A stretch of 24,455 bases of DNA from Verrucomicrobiota bacterium (GTDB lineage: Bacteria > Verrucomicrobiota > Verrucomicrobiia > Limisphaerales > Palsa-1400), in NCBI GenBank assembly GCA_049510745.1, contig JBEKYR010000062.1:1-24455 (forward strand), written 5' to 3'. Made by a program: the position numbers and the translations under genes. Shown here in pieces: positions 1 to 9,668 of the stretch; within the stretch, counting starts at the first letter, position 1; the number at the start of each line of letters is the position of its first letter. The notes under the pieces were generated by a model, which was not told the origin of the DNA, did no database searches, and was given only the letters and a program-made list of their open reading frames with translations.

Positions 1-186
1 GCCTGTACACATGGCGCCGTTCCACGGGACGCGCGCAAAAAATCCTGAGATTTCGCCTCCTCTCGGCCTAACCAGCCCGCTCATGCCGCTACAAGCACCT
101 AACTTGCCGAACACAACTGATTCTCAATTTTCAATGTTCTTCAACTCAGGTCGTGGGTTCTGGAAGGTCATTGAGAATTATCGCGG

Positions 187-2517
187 TCATTCCTGCGGGT
201 AAACCAGGAGGCGGTCATGCACCAGCACGATCAGATCGGCTTTGCCGTCGCCCGTCACGTCCGCCACGACCGCTTCGCGCGGCTCCATTGAGTCGTTGCG
301 GCGGGAACGGAAGGTGCGCTCCTCGAACACGCGCCAGCGATTGGCCGGAACCAGTTTGTGGGGCGGCAGGAAGGCCACCAAGTCGAGATAATTCTTGGCC
401 GTCTCCAGGAAAACCAGGTCCTTGCGCCCGGTATGGCTCAAATCGCCGGCAATCACGTCCGTCAGATGGCCGTCTTTGATCGGCGTTTCGTAGCTGTCCA
501 ATTCGGACAGTTCCCACACGTCGCCGCTGGTGGCCATGGTTCCGACCTGGTTGACGCCCAGGAGGGCGATGCTGTTGTTGGAAGTCGAGCCGAGGCCGAC
601 GCTTTGCAGGGAGGTAAAGTCACTGACCGGCAAGGGCAGGTTGCGCACCACCTGCCACACGCCCGCTTTGTCCCGTTCACTCAGGGTCAACTCTTTGCGT
701 TCCGCGTCCAGGAGGAAGAGAGAGGGGACGGCGTTGGCGCCGTTGCGCAGCGGGGTGGCGCCGACGATGCGGGAATCGCGCGAGGCGCCGTTGATTTGTT
801 CCTTGACGTGAAAGGACCAGACGGGCTTGCCGTTGGTGGCGCGGTCCATTTCCGATTGCAGGACGACCGCCCGCACAAAATTCTTCTGCGCCAGCAGCAA
901 CTCCGGTTTGCCGTCGCCGTCCACGTCCGCAACGCTCAACCACGGGTGGTCCTCGGTGCTGCCGCCCGGCGGCGAGACGTCCTGTTCATCGAAGGTCGTC
1001 TTGTCCGGTTTCTGGATCAGGATTTTGATTTTCTCGTAAGGAATGAGCACCACCAGGTCGGCCAATCCATCCTGGTTGGCGTCGAGCATGGTCATGGAGG
1101 CGGGGGCCGCCTTGAAATCATCGCTCAACTTTTGCGTGCGGGTTTTTCCGTCCGCCGTCCGGGTCAGGAGCACGCGGTTGGTCTCCATTTCAACGATCAC
1201 GGCCAGGGTCGGTTTGGCTCCGGGCTGCAGCGGCCCGACGGCCATCGTCAACGGCTTGCCCTCCAAGGGCAGAATCGCGGGAAACGCCACCCGTCCGTTC
1301 TTGTCCAGCTTGGTCACGCCCACTTGGTGCTCGTCGGTGCTCAAGAGAAAAATCTTTGGCGTGCCGTCCCCGTCCCAGTCGCTGACGGCCAGCTCGCTCA
1401 CGCCGGTCAGCGTCGGAAAGGTCTTGGCGGCGGAAAGTGTGCCGTCGGGCTTTTGCAGATAAAGGGTCAGTTGGCCGCTGTCCGGTTCAGCCACCAGCAG
1501 GTCCGGCAGGCCGTCGCCGTTGACGTCGGCCCACAAGATGCCCCGGTGGGCGCGGGTGGTCCTGTTCAACGGCAGGACTTGGAACTGCCCCTGTTGAAAC
1601 TCGCCCGAAAGCGGCTCGGCGTGCTTGCGGACAAAGTGCGACACGGCCGCACGCCCGGAGTTTTGGGCGATGGTCACCACTTCCGTCTTGTGATCGCCGT
1701 CCAGATCATCCGCCAAGTAGGAGCGGATGGGCGGCAGGCTGAAATAAATTTCCGGTCCCAATTCCCCCTCGCTGTTCTGCAGGCGGAATCGAAACGGCTG
1801 CGGGCTGTCCCAATTGATGAGCAACAGGTCTTGCCGCCCGTCGCCGTCGATGTCCAGCACTTGCACCGCCTTGACGGAGCCGGAAAAGGGAATTTTTTGC
1901 GGTTCGGCCAGAGTGTGGTCGGCGTTTTGCGCCAGGAAATAGACGTTGTTCTCTCCCAGCAACACCAAATCCGTCAAGTTGTCCCCGTTGAGGTCCCCCG
2001 TGGCCAGGGCGTTGGCGGTCAATTGGCCGTCGTCGATCGGCCAGCGCTTGGGCGCGCTCCAGCCATTGGAGCCGAGGTTGTACTGGACGACCAATTCCTT
2101 GGGATCGCCGTAATAGGCCAGATCGGGCCGCCCGTCTCCGTTCAAGTCCGCCACGACGAGCGAGGAAATCCTTTTCTCCGAGGCGATGGAGTCGATGCGG
2201 AAGCGGGCGTCGGGCGGCAGCTCGTTGATTTCCTTCTTCATCGCCGGCTTGCGCGCGGCGGCGTTGGTCTTGCCGGTCTGGTTGTAAAGCAGATTTATCT
2301 TCGACCGGGCGTTGTTGACCACGATCAGGTCGATCAACCCGTCTCCGTCCAGGTCCGCGGCGCGCAGCAGGCTGATTTGGCTGTCGATGGGAAAGATTTC
2401 CTTTCCGGTGAACCCGATGGCTGCCTGCGGGTCCTCCGCCCGGGCGCAGCACAGGGACACGACGCAAAGCAAACCGCCCCAAAGACGGTTTCCTGGAATG
2501 AAACTGGAGTTCAACAT
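187..2517 (-). CDS. Secreted FG-GAP/VCBS repeat (beta-propeller) protein
   Basis: Many DxDGDGxxDL repeats (DLDGDGLIDL, DLNGDGRPDL, DIDGDGRQDL, DVNGDGLPDL, DVTGDGKADL). ATG at 2517 is followed by a hydrophobic signal-like segment (LWGGLLCVVSLCCARA). The ORF track extends to 2595, so the start is uncertain. Confidence 0.85.
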   Translation of the reverse strand: MLNSSFIPGNRLWGGLLCVVSLCCARAEDPQAAIGFTGKEIFPIDSQISLLRAADLDGDGLIDLIVVNNARSKINLLYNQTGKTNAAARKPAMKKEINELPPDARFRIDSIASEKRISSLVVADLNGDGRPDLAYYGDPKELVVQYNLGSNGWSAPKRWPIDDGQLTANALATGDLNGDNLTDLVLLGENNVYFLAQNADHTLAEPQKIPFSGSVKAVQVLDIDGDGRQDLLLINWDSPQPFRFRLQNSEGELGPEIYFSLPPIRSYLADDLDGDHKTEVVTIAQNSGRAAVSHFVRKHAEPLSGEFQQGQFQVLPLNRTTRAHRGILWADVNGDGLPDLLVAEPDSGQLTLYLQKPDGTLSAAKTFPTLTGVSELAVSDWDGDGTPKIFLLSTDEHQVGVTKLDKNGRVAFPAILPLEGKPLTMAVGPLQPGAKPTLAVIVEMETNRVLLTRTADGKTRTQKLSDDFKAAPASMTMLDANQDGLADLVVLIPYEKIKILIQKPDKTTFDEQDVSPPGGSTEDHPWLSVADVDGDGKPELLLAQKNFVRAVVLQSEMDRATNGKPVWSFHVKEQINGASRDSRIVGATPLRNGANAVPSLFLLDAERKELTLSERDKAGVWQVVRNLPLPVSDFTSLQSVGLGSTSNNSIALLGVNQVGTMATSGDVWELSELDSYETPIKDGHLTDVIAGDLSHTGRKDLVFLETAKNYLDLVAFLPPHKLVPANRWRVFEERTFRSRRNDSMEPREAVVADVTGDGKADLIVLVHDRLLVYPQE

Positions 2518-2672
2518 GGCGCAGCAAAGTGCCATCAGACCGGGCCTCGCGCCAAGCATAATTGTCCGCGGCGTTGTCTTGCTGGCGCCACACAAGCGGA
2601 ACCACTAAACGCAGAAAAGCATAATTGCTCTTGAAATGGAGGCCGGATTAGGGCGAAATGCTCCGGCGTTCT

Positions 2673-3140
2673 ATGAATCTTGGCGACATTTTGAGTGTGG
2701 ATACGATTGTCCCCGATATGAATTCAGCCAATCGCTGGGAGTCTATCGATGAATTGATCCAAAATCTGGTCAATACCAGGAAAATCCGGCCCGAAGACCG
2801 GGAGGCCATCGTCGCCGTGGTCAAGAAGCGCGAGTCGTCGATGAGCACCGGCATCGGCTTTGGCATCGGCATCCCCCATGCTTCCACCGATTTGATCCAG
2901 GAGGTCGTCGGCTCGATGGGCCGGTCGAAAAAGGGGATTGATTTTGACGCGCTGGACAATCAGCCGGTCAATCTGGTCATGCTTTTCCTAGTGCCGCAGG
3001 GCCAGTTCCAGAAGCATCTTCACACCCTGGCCAATATCGCCAAGCTGCTTCACATCAAGGAATTCCGGCAGGAACTCGAGCAAGCCCCCGATGCCGCCGC
3101 CATGTACGATATTATCAAAAAGTATTCCGCGGCGAAATAG
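2673..3140 (+). CDS. PTS EIIA domain protein (PtsN/fructose-mannitol type)
   Basis: RESSMSTGIGFGIGIPHA phospho-His motif, GIDFDALDNQPV, HLHTLANIAKLL. Start taken at ATG 2673 (MNLGDIL); ORF track starts 2658. Confidence 0.9.
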   Translation: MNLGDILSVDTIVPDMNSANRWESIDELIQNLVNTRKIRPEDREAIVAVVKKRESSMSTGIGFGIGIPHASTDLIQEVVGSMGRSKKGIDFDALDNQPVNLVMLFLVPQGQFQKHLHTLANIAKLLHIKEFRQELEQAPDAAAMYDIIKKYSAAK

Positions 3141-3164
3141 TCCGGTCCCGGGGCCTTTCTGATT

Positions 3165-4895
3165 GTGCTCCACAAAATCCTCGAACAAAAACTCCAACAG
3201 GCTCTCTTGGCGGTGTTGCCCGACGCGGACCCGAGCGGAGTTCTGGTGCGCCCGTGCCCCGATCCGAAGTTCGGGGACTACCAAAGCAACGCGCTGATGG
3301 CGCTGGCCAAAGCGCGCCGGATGAATCCGCGCCGGCTGGCGGAGGAAGTGGCGGGCAAGCTGGACTTGGGCGCGTGGTGCGAACCGGTCGAGGTGGCCGG
3401 GGCGGGCTTCCTGAATTTCCGGCTCAAACCCGCCGCTCTGGCGCAGGCCATGCGCCAGGCGGCAAACGGAGAGCAATTGTTTTTTCAAAAATGCGCCGCG
3501 CCGCGCTCGGTGGTGGTCGATTTCAGTTCGCCCAACGTCGCCAAGCCGATGCATGTCGGGCACATTCGCTCGACGATTCTGGGGGACGCGCTGGCGCGGC
3601 TGCTGCGGCTGCTGGGACATCGGGTGATGACGGACAATCACATCGGCGATTGGGGCACGCAGTTTGGCAAGTTGATCGCCGGCTGGAAATCGGGGGTGGA
3701 CGCGGAGAAGCTGCGGGCCGATCCGATCGCGGAGATGGAGCGCCTTTACAAATGGGTCAACACGGAGTGCGAGAGCGATCCGCAAGCCCTGGAACGCGCC
3801 CGGCAGGAGCTGGTCAAATTGCAGAACGGCGACGAAGAAAACCTGCGCCTCTGGCGGGAGATGATCGCGCTGTCCGAGTCGCAGTTCGAGCGGGTTTATG
3901 CGCGGCTGGGAGTGAAGTTTGATTATCGTTTCGGCGAAAGTTATTACAATCCCCGGCTCAAAGGCGTGGTCGAGGAACTGGCCCGGCTGGGCATCGCCCA
4001 GCCGAGCGAGGGGGCAATGGCGGTTTTTTTCAACGACATTCCCGAATTGAAGGAACATCCGGCGCTGGTGCGCAAAAGCGACGGCGCTTTCAATTACACG
4101 ACGACCGACCTGGCGACGCTGCTTTTCCGCTGGGAGGGCGGCACGTGGGGCGCCCGGCCCGACGAAATCATTTATGTGACCGGCGCGCCGCAGCAGCTCC
4201 ATTTCAAGCAGTGTTTCGCCGTCTTCCGGCGCTGGCATCCCGAGGCGCGGGTGAAGCTGGCCCATGTCTGGTTCGGTTCGATTTTGGGCGAGGACGGCAA
4301 GCCGTTCAAAACCCGCGCGGGCGACACGGTGCGCCTGGAGGATTTGCTGGACGAAGCGGAGGAGCGGGCCTTCCAGGTGGTATCGGAGAAGAACCCGGAG
4401 TTCCCCATCGCGCAGCGGCGGGAGATCGCGCGCGCCGTCGGCCTCGGCTCGATCAAATACGCGGACCTGTCGCAAAACCGGCAGAGCGATTATGTGTTCA
4501 GTTGGGACCGGATGCTCTCGCTGCAAGGCAACACGGCGCCTTACCTGCTTTACGCCTACGCCCGCGTGCGGAGCATTTTCCGCAAGGGGGGGGAGGAGTC
4601 GCCGGGCGGCGGCGCGGAGTTCGCCCTGGCCGCGCCGGAGGAAGCGGCGCTGGCGCGGCGCCTGTTGAACTTCGGGTTGGCGCTGGAGGCCGTGGTCGAG
4701 GATTACCGGCCGAACTTTTTGTGCGGGTATCTTTACGAATTGGCCGGCCATTTCGCGCGGTTTTACGAGAATTGCCCCGTCCTCAAAGCGGAGGGGGCCA
4801 CGCGCGCGACGCGGCTGGCCTTATGCGATCTGACGGCCCGGGTGTTGAAGCAGGGCCTGGAGGTGCTCGGCATCGACACGATCGAGCAAATGTAG
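3165..4895 (+). CDS. argS: Arginine--tRNA ligase
   Basis: FGDYQSN, VDFSSPNVAKPMHVGHIRSTILGD (HIGH-like), NHIGDWGTQFG, FKTRAG, GNTAPYLLYAYAR, FYENCPVL, C-terminal ..EQM. GTG start. Confidence 0.97.
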   Translation: MLHKILEQKLQQALLAVLPDADPSGVLVRPCPDPKFGDYQSNALMALAKARRMNPRRLAEEVAGKLDLGAWCEPVEVAGAGFLNFRLKPAALAQAMRQAANGEQLFFQKCAAPRSVVVDFSSPNVAKPMHVGHIRSTILGDALARLLRLLGHRVMTDNHIGDWGTQFGKLIAGWKSGVDAEKLRADPIAEMERLYKWVNTECESDPQALERARQELVKLQNGDEENLRLWREMIALSESQFERVYARLGVKFDYRFGESYYNPRLKGVVEELARLGIAQPSEGAMAVFFNDIPELKEHPALVRKSDGAFNYTTTDLATLLFRWEGGTWGARPDEIIYVTGAPQQLHFKQCFAVFRRWHPEARVKLAHVWFGSILGEDGKPFKTRAGDTVRLEDLLDEAEERAFQVVSEKNPEFPIAQRREIARAVGLGSIKYADLSQNRQSDYVFSWDRMLSLQGNTAPYLLYAYARVRSIFRKGGEESPGGGAEFALAAPEEAALARRLLNFGLALEAVVEDYRPNFLCGYLYELAGHFARFYENCPVLKAEGATRATRLALCDLTARVLKQGLEVLGIDTIEQM

Positions 4896-4903
4896 CCCCG
4901 AGG

Positions 4904-5425
4904 TCAGTTCCCGGCTTTGCCCGTCAGCCCGGCCTTTTGCAGCGCGGCAAAGACATCCGCGTCATTGAAATCGCCGGTGACGACAAAGGATTGGACGCCC
5001 TTCTGCGAGTTCTCGCCCGTGACGCCCGGCACCGCCATGACCGTTTCGTGGACGGCTTTGACGCATTTCGGGCAGCACAGGTGGACGCCTTCGACCTTCA
5101 GTGATTGGACCTTCGCTCCTTTGGCGCCGGTGCTGGCATCGACCTTGATGGCGGCATCGCTGGAATCGCCGAAGAAGCCGGCCTTGGTCAGGGCATCGAC
5201 GGCCTTTTGGGCGGTGGCGCTGTCCGGCGCGGTGATGGCGACGGTGCGGGCGGTTTTATCGACCGCCGCCTTGGCGCCGTCCACGCCGGAGACGGCTTTT
5301 TCAGCGCCTGTGACGCATTTATCGCAGCAGAGGTGGACGTTGCTGAGAGTGACGGTGACATCGGCGGCCTGGGTCAATTGAGCCAGGGCGAAGACAGTGA
5401 CGAGAGAAAACAATAAGGATTTCAT
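4904..5425 (-). CDS. Secreted protein with two heavy-metal-associated (HMA)-like domains
   Basis: Signal peptide MKSLLFSLVTVFALAQLTQA, then two repeats carrying VHLCCDKCV and VHLCCPKCV, each ending ALxKAG(F/L). Confidence 0.75.
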   Translation of the reverse strand: MKSLLFSLVTVFALAQLTQAADVTVTLSNVHLCCDKCVTGAEKAVSGVDGAKAAVDKTARTVAITAPDSATAQKAVDALTKAGFFGDSSDAAIKVDASTGAKGAKVQSLKVEGVHLCCPKCVKAVHETVMAVPGVTGENSQKGVQSFVVTGDFNDADVFAALQKAGLTGKAGN

Positions 5426-5697
5426 AATGGCAAAACTCAGACGGCAATTGATGTTGATATATTCACGGAACAGTAATGCTACTGCGGCGAATTAAGCCAG
5501 CAAGGGCGCCTGCCGTCAAGGGCAAAAAGACGCGCCCCGAGTCCTGAGCAGGGATTGGGGCATCTATCCTAAAGTTGTAGCGCTCCGTACGCCCAATCGT
5601 TCGGATTTTTTCTTGTGCGCGCGAGCCTGGATTGCGCTATATTTTAGGCAGTGGTTCCGATTATCAGCACTGAATGGAAACTGATTTTGGCGAAGCA

Positions 5698-6612
5698 ATG
5701 AACACTGCTAATTTTATGACCGACAGTTTCACAAGGCACCGCAAGACCGTCCCGACGACCCGGCGCGGCCGGGCTTGGGCCGCGTTTACTTTGATCGAAT
5801 TGCTGGTGGTCATTGCGGTCATCGCCATTCTGGCCGCGCTCCTCCTGCCGGCCCTGGCGGCCGCAAAACGACAGGGGAACATGGCCAAATGCATGTCCAA
5901 CCTAAGACAGCTCGGGGTTGGTTTCTCTCTTTTCACAGGCGACAACGCGGAGACTTACCCGCCTGCCGCATGTGACGGCGCAGACAACAGTCAATATACC
6001 TGGGACACGTGGATCCACCCCTATATTGGGGCGGCCAACTATAGCCAGGCCGTTGCGACCAGCGGCGCCGCGGACCAGTCTGTTGCGCCTCCCATCTTGC
6101 GTTGCCCGTCTGACGTCGGCCCCAATACTTATTGGGATGCGGGAAGCACTGTTGCGAGAAGAACCTACGCCATGAACGCGATTGGCCCCGTTTATTACGC
6201 AGCCTTGGGGTCGGGGCTGCCCACGCCGACGGACGGTGTTGGAATTTACTGGACGGCTACGACAACTTCAATCAGCGCGCCCGGATATAAGACCTCTGTT
6301 GTCATCAGCCCCGCGAGAACGATCAACCTGGTGGAACAACCCGCGGGCGACAATGTGGCTGGAAATGTCTGGCCTTCCTTCTCCATCGCTCCGGCCAACT
6401 TCGGGGACTCCGGCCAGGGCATGGGAGAATGTTATCAAACCGATGCCAAAGACCCGAACAATCAGGGATTGGCTCTTTATAAGCTGCAGGGCAATCACTT
6501 TAATTATCTGTTTTTCGACAATCACGTCTCCATACTCACGATGCAGCAAACCGTCGGCTCCGGCACCACCAATATTCCGAAGGGGATGTGGATGATCAAG
6601 CCGGGGGATTGA
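5698..6612 (+). CDS. Prepilin-type N-terminal cleavage/methylation protein (DUF1559/H-X9-DG family)
   Basis: [49 protein letters not shown]-terminal [10 protein letters not shown]. Start could be 5674, 5698 or 5716. Confidence 0.9.
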   Translation: MNTANFMTDSFTRHRKTVPTTRRGRAWAAFTLIELLVVIAVIAILAALLLPALAAAKRQGNMAKCMSNLRQLGVGFSLFTGDNAETYPPAACDGADNSQYTWDTWIHPYIGAANYSQAVATSGAADQSVAPPILRCPSDVGPNTYWDAGSTVARRTYAMNAIGPVYYAALGSGLPTPTDGVGIYWTATTTSISAPGYKTSVVISPARTINLVEQPAGDNVAGNVWPSFSIAPANFGDSGQGMGECYQTDAKDPNNQGLALYKLQGNHFNYLFFDNHVSILTMQQTVGSGTTNIPKGMWMIKPGD

Positions 6613-6615
6613 TTT

Positions 6616-8199
6616 TCAAGTTGGATCGGACGCCGGTTTCGCCGCCGGCCAGGCCGCCACCAAGCGCAGCAGTTCGCGCGCGGACCCGACCTTCATCCAC
6701 AAACTCAGGCCGAAATAGACGGCCGTGGCCAGGAACATCGGCAGAAACACTTCCCCCAATCTGGGACCCAGGCTGGCGTGGCCAAAATGGTTTTGCCAGA
6801 GGAGCTGGCTGGTCCAGGCGGCCAAACCGGCCGCCAATCCGATGGCGGCCAGCGCCGGCCATTGCGCGGCGCTTTCCTTCATTTCCAGCCGGCGCATCTT
6901 CTTGCGCAACGCCAGCGCCAGCAGGCCGATGTTGCAGGCCGAACTGAGCGTGTTGGCCAGCCCCAACGCCCCCGGGCCGAGGTTGAATCCGAACAGAAAA
7001 ACCACCGCGAAAAGCAGATTGATCGCCAGGCAAAAGATGCTGATGCGCATCGGCGATACGATGTCGCCCAGGGCGTAAAAGGCGCGCGCGAAAATGTTCA
7101 CCAGCGAAAAACAAACCAGCCCCGGCGCCAGGCAGACCAGGGCAAAACTGACGCGCTCGGTCGAGTGGGCGTCGAATTTCCCATGCTGGAAGAGCAGCCG
7201 GACGATGGGCGCGGCCAGCGTGACGAGCAGGACCGAGGCCAGCAGGTTGACGAAGATGATGTGCCCCGACGCCTGCCGCAAGGTCAGCCGGAACTGGTCA
7301 AACTTCTTCTCGACAGCGAGCGCGGCCAGCGTCGGCAGCAGAAACGTCGCCAGGGAGAGGCCAAAGACGCCCTGCGGCAGTTCCATCAGGCGGACGGCGT
7401 AGGCAAACTCGCCCACAATCCGCCCGCTCTTGCCGAAAGCCAGGCTCTGGGTCACCAGGACGTTGATCTGGAAGGCGGCCACGCCGAGCACGCTCGGCAC
7501 CATCCGGGCCACCACCTCCCGCACCGTCGGGTCGTGCCAGGGCGAAACCCAGCGGTAACGGAACCCCGCAGCGCGCAGGCTCGGCATCTGGAAAAGGGCC
7601 TGCGCCACTCCCGCCACCAACACGCCGATGGCCAGCGCGAAGATTTGCGTGTCCAGCCGCCTGCCCATGTGCGGGGCCAGGAACAAGACCGAGGCGATCA
7701 TGACCAAATTGAGCAGAGCCGCCCCCAGCGCCGGAATGAAAAAGTGCCCCCGCGCATTGAGGATCGCGATAAACACCGCCCCCACACAAGCCAGCGTCAA
7801 GTACGGAAACATCAGCCGCATCAGTTGCAGCATCAGGCGCGTCTCCGGCTGCCACGACCCCGCCAGCAGCAGCAGCGAAACCACCCCGATGGCGGCGAGC
7901 ACCAGTCCCGCCGAAGCGGCCATCAAACCGGAAAGAACGGCGTTGGTCGCCTGCCACATGGCCGGTTCCCCTTCCGTCTTCTCCTTGGCTTTGAAAATGG
8001 GGACGAACGCCGCGGTCAAGGCGCCTTCGCCCAAGAGGCGGCGAAAGAGATTGGGGATCATGTAGGCATAGACAAACGCGCCATAGATGCCGCTCGTCCC
8101 CATGAAAGCCGCATAGACCTGCTCGCGCACCAATCCCAGCACCCGGCTGGTCAGCGTGGCGGCCCCGATGCCTCCCGATGATTTCAACATTTGCGACAC
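6616..8199 (-). CDS. murJ: Lipid II flippase MurJ (MviN)
   Basis: SRVLGLVRE, IPNLFRRLLGEGALTAAFVP, RLMELPQG, RAFYALGD and many TM segments. GTG start at 8199 (MSQMLKSS) or ATG at 8190. Confidence 0.95.
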   Translation of the reverse strand: MSQMLKSSGGIGAATLTSRVLGLVREQVYAAFMGTSGIYGAFVYAYMIPNLFRRLLGEGALTAAFVPIFKAKEKTEGEPAMWQATNAVLSGLMAASAGLVLAAIGVVSLLLLAGSWQPETRLMLQLMRLMFPYLTLACVGAVFIAILNARGHFFIPALGAALLNLVMIASVLFLAPHMGRRLDTQIFALAIGVLVAGVAQALFQMPSLRAAGFRYRWVSPWHDPTVREVVARMVPSVLGVAAFQINVLVTQSLAFGKSGRIVGEFAYAVRLMELPQGVFGLSLATFLLPTLAALAVEKKFDQFRLTLRQASGHIIFVNLLASVLLVTLAAPIVRLLFQHGKFDAHSTERVSFALVCLAPGLVCFSLVNIFARAFYALGDIVSPMRISIFCLAINLLFAVVFLFGFNLGPGALGLANTLSSACNIGLLALALRKKMRRLEMKESAAQWPALAAIGLAAGLAAWTSQLLWQNHFGHASLGPRLGEVFLPMFLATAVYFGLSLWMKVGSARELLRLVAAWPAAKPASDPT

Positions 8200-8400
8200 G
8201 ATCGTTGCGCTCCGAGCCTTGTAGCCGCCGAGAGCGCGAGTGCAAAGCATTTTCGCTTTCTATTAAGATCAGGGCGCATCTCAATAATTGGACACCGGTC
8301 AGCGCGGTTGGAGGGCCAGCCGCAAGCGCGCGGTGCTCAGGAGGTTTTTTCGTTTGCGGTCGCCGTCGCCGGATCCGGGTATTTTTTTGATTTTCGTTTT

Positions 8401-8460
8401 TTGGCCCGATTTGGCCGGATTTACCCGGATTTTTCCGGATTTGTCCGGATTTGTCCGGGT
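8401..8460 (+). repeat. Six degenerate tandem 10-mers (consensus TTGTCCGGAT)
   Basis: ttggcccgat ttggccggat ttacccggat ttttccggat ttgtccggat ttgtccgggt, read directly. Confidence 0.85.
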
Positions 8461-9143
8461 ATTTCGATTCGTTGTCCAGGTTGGTTCCGGCTTCTTTGGC
8501 AGGTTTTCGGAGCCGCTCCCGGTGCTGGCGGCGCAGGGCGTCAGCGTTTGGAACGGTGCGGGATTGAGCTTTTGCGATAAAGTGCCATGCGGACAGGCTG
8601 CGCTCCGTGACGGGGTGGCCGTCAAAGTCCAAGGTTGGCCTGCGGGGGCCTGGCGCCATTGCCGGGGGCCTACAGACCAGAACAAATTGTCGGGATGACC
8701 GCTTCGCGGTGCGGCCCGAGCCGGGGCGGGCGGACAGGGCCGCGGCCCGGCGACTCCACTTTATGTCAAAGCGCGAGTTCACGCACGAGGCCACTTTCCC
8801 ATATAATTGGGCAATTGCAAGGATTTTGTTAAAAAATGTGACTGGAGCAGAAGGCCCGAATGCGGCTCTCCCGATTTTTGGCAACGAGGGGTCATCGACG
8901 GCGGCGGCAAAGCCGCGACAACGGGCAAGAGCCTAAGCCGCAATGGGTAATGAATGATGCTGGGGTGACTGAAACGGCTTTGAGCCGCCCATTCGTCATT
9001 GGGCCATTTTGGAATTCATTTATAGTTATCATTAGGACATCGAAAATCATCATTTACCCTCGGCGGATGGAGGCTGGGCACTCATCGCGAGGGGACGTGT
9101 CCAGTGAGATACGCTCTTAACATTACGAGCCAATAACCGCGGC

Positions 9144-9176
9144 TTGACACCGCTGGCCCTGATTGGGTATGGAGGA
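9144..9176 (+). promoter_or_regulatory. Candidate sigma70 promoter and RBS for the OsmC-family gene
   Basis: TTGACA at 9144-9149, weak -10 (TATGGA, 18-nt spacer), GGAGGA at 9171-9176 before ATG 9185. Confidence 0.35.
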
Positions 9177-9184
9177 TCGAAGAT

Positions 9185-9643
9185 ATGTCCGAATACCGAG
9201 CCATCATCCGCTGGAAATGCAGCGGCCCCGATTTTCTCAAGGGCCGCTTTTCGCGCGACCACACCTGGACGTTTGACGGCGGGGTTGTCGTGCCCGCCTC
9301 GGCCTCGCCGTCGGTGGTGCCGGCGCCCATGAGCAATCCCGCCAACGTGGACCCGGAGGAGGCGTTTGTCGCGGCAGTCTCCAGTTGTCACATGCTCACT
9401 TTTATTTACCTGGCCGGCAGGGCGCAGTTCCAGGTGGACAGCTACGAAGACGAGGCGGTGGGAGTGATGAGCAAGAACGAGAAAGGCGTGCCGTGGGTCA
9501 GCGCGATTACGCTGCATCCAAAAATCGTCTATGGCGGGGCCAGGCAGCCCACTCCGGCCGAGCTGGAGAGCCTTCATCACAAAGCCCACGAGCAGTGCTA
9601 CATCGCCGCTTCGATCAAAACGCAGGTCTCGGTCGCCTCGTAG
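9185..9643 (+). CDS. OsmC/Ohr family protein
   Basis: FSRDHTWTFDGG, VDPEEAFVAAVSSCHML and AHEQCYIAASIK (two conserved Cys). Confidence 0.9.
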   Translation: MSEYRAIIRWKCSGPDFLKGRFSRDHTWTFDGGVVVPASASPSVVPAPMSNPANVDPEEAFVAAVSSCHMLTFIYLAGRAQFQVDSYEDEAVGVMSKNEKGVPWVSAITLHPKIVYGGARQPTPAELESLHHKAHEQCYIAASIKTQVSVAS

Positions 9644-9668
9644 CTTCTTCCTTCATCCTTCATCCTTC
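9644..9668 (+). repeat. Heptamer tandem repeat (CTTCATC)n between convergent genes
   Basis: cttcttc cttcatc cttcatc cttc fills the whole gap between the two stop codons. Confidence 0.7.

Noticed and set aside
1..186. Small ORF 11-202 or an RNA gene at the left edge
   Set aside because: No motif, tRNA fold or RBS seen; probably intergenic.
358..2634. 758-aa + strand ORF
   Set aside because: Antisense shadow of the FG-GAP gene with no motifs, as expected in high-GC DNA.
2988..4751. 587-aa minus-strand ORF
   Set aside because: Antisense to argS, which has clear family motifs.
7298..8884. 528-aa minus-strand ORF overlapping murJ in another frame
   Set aside because: Arg/Gly/Pro-rich, no recognisable domain, and mostly overlapping a confident gene. 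Its upstream part is only noted as a possible remnant.
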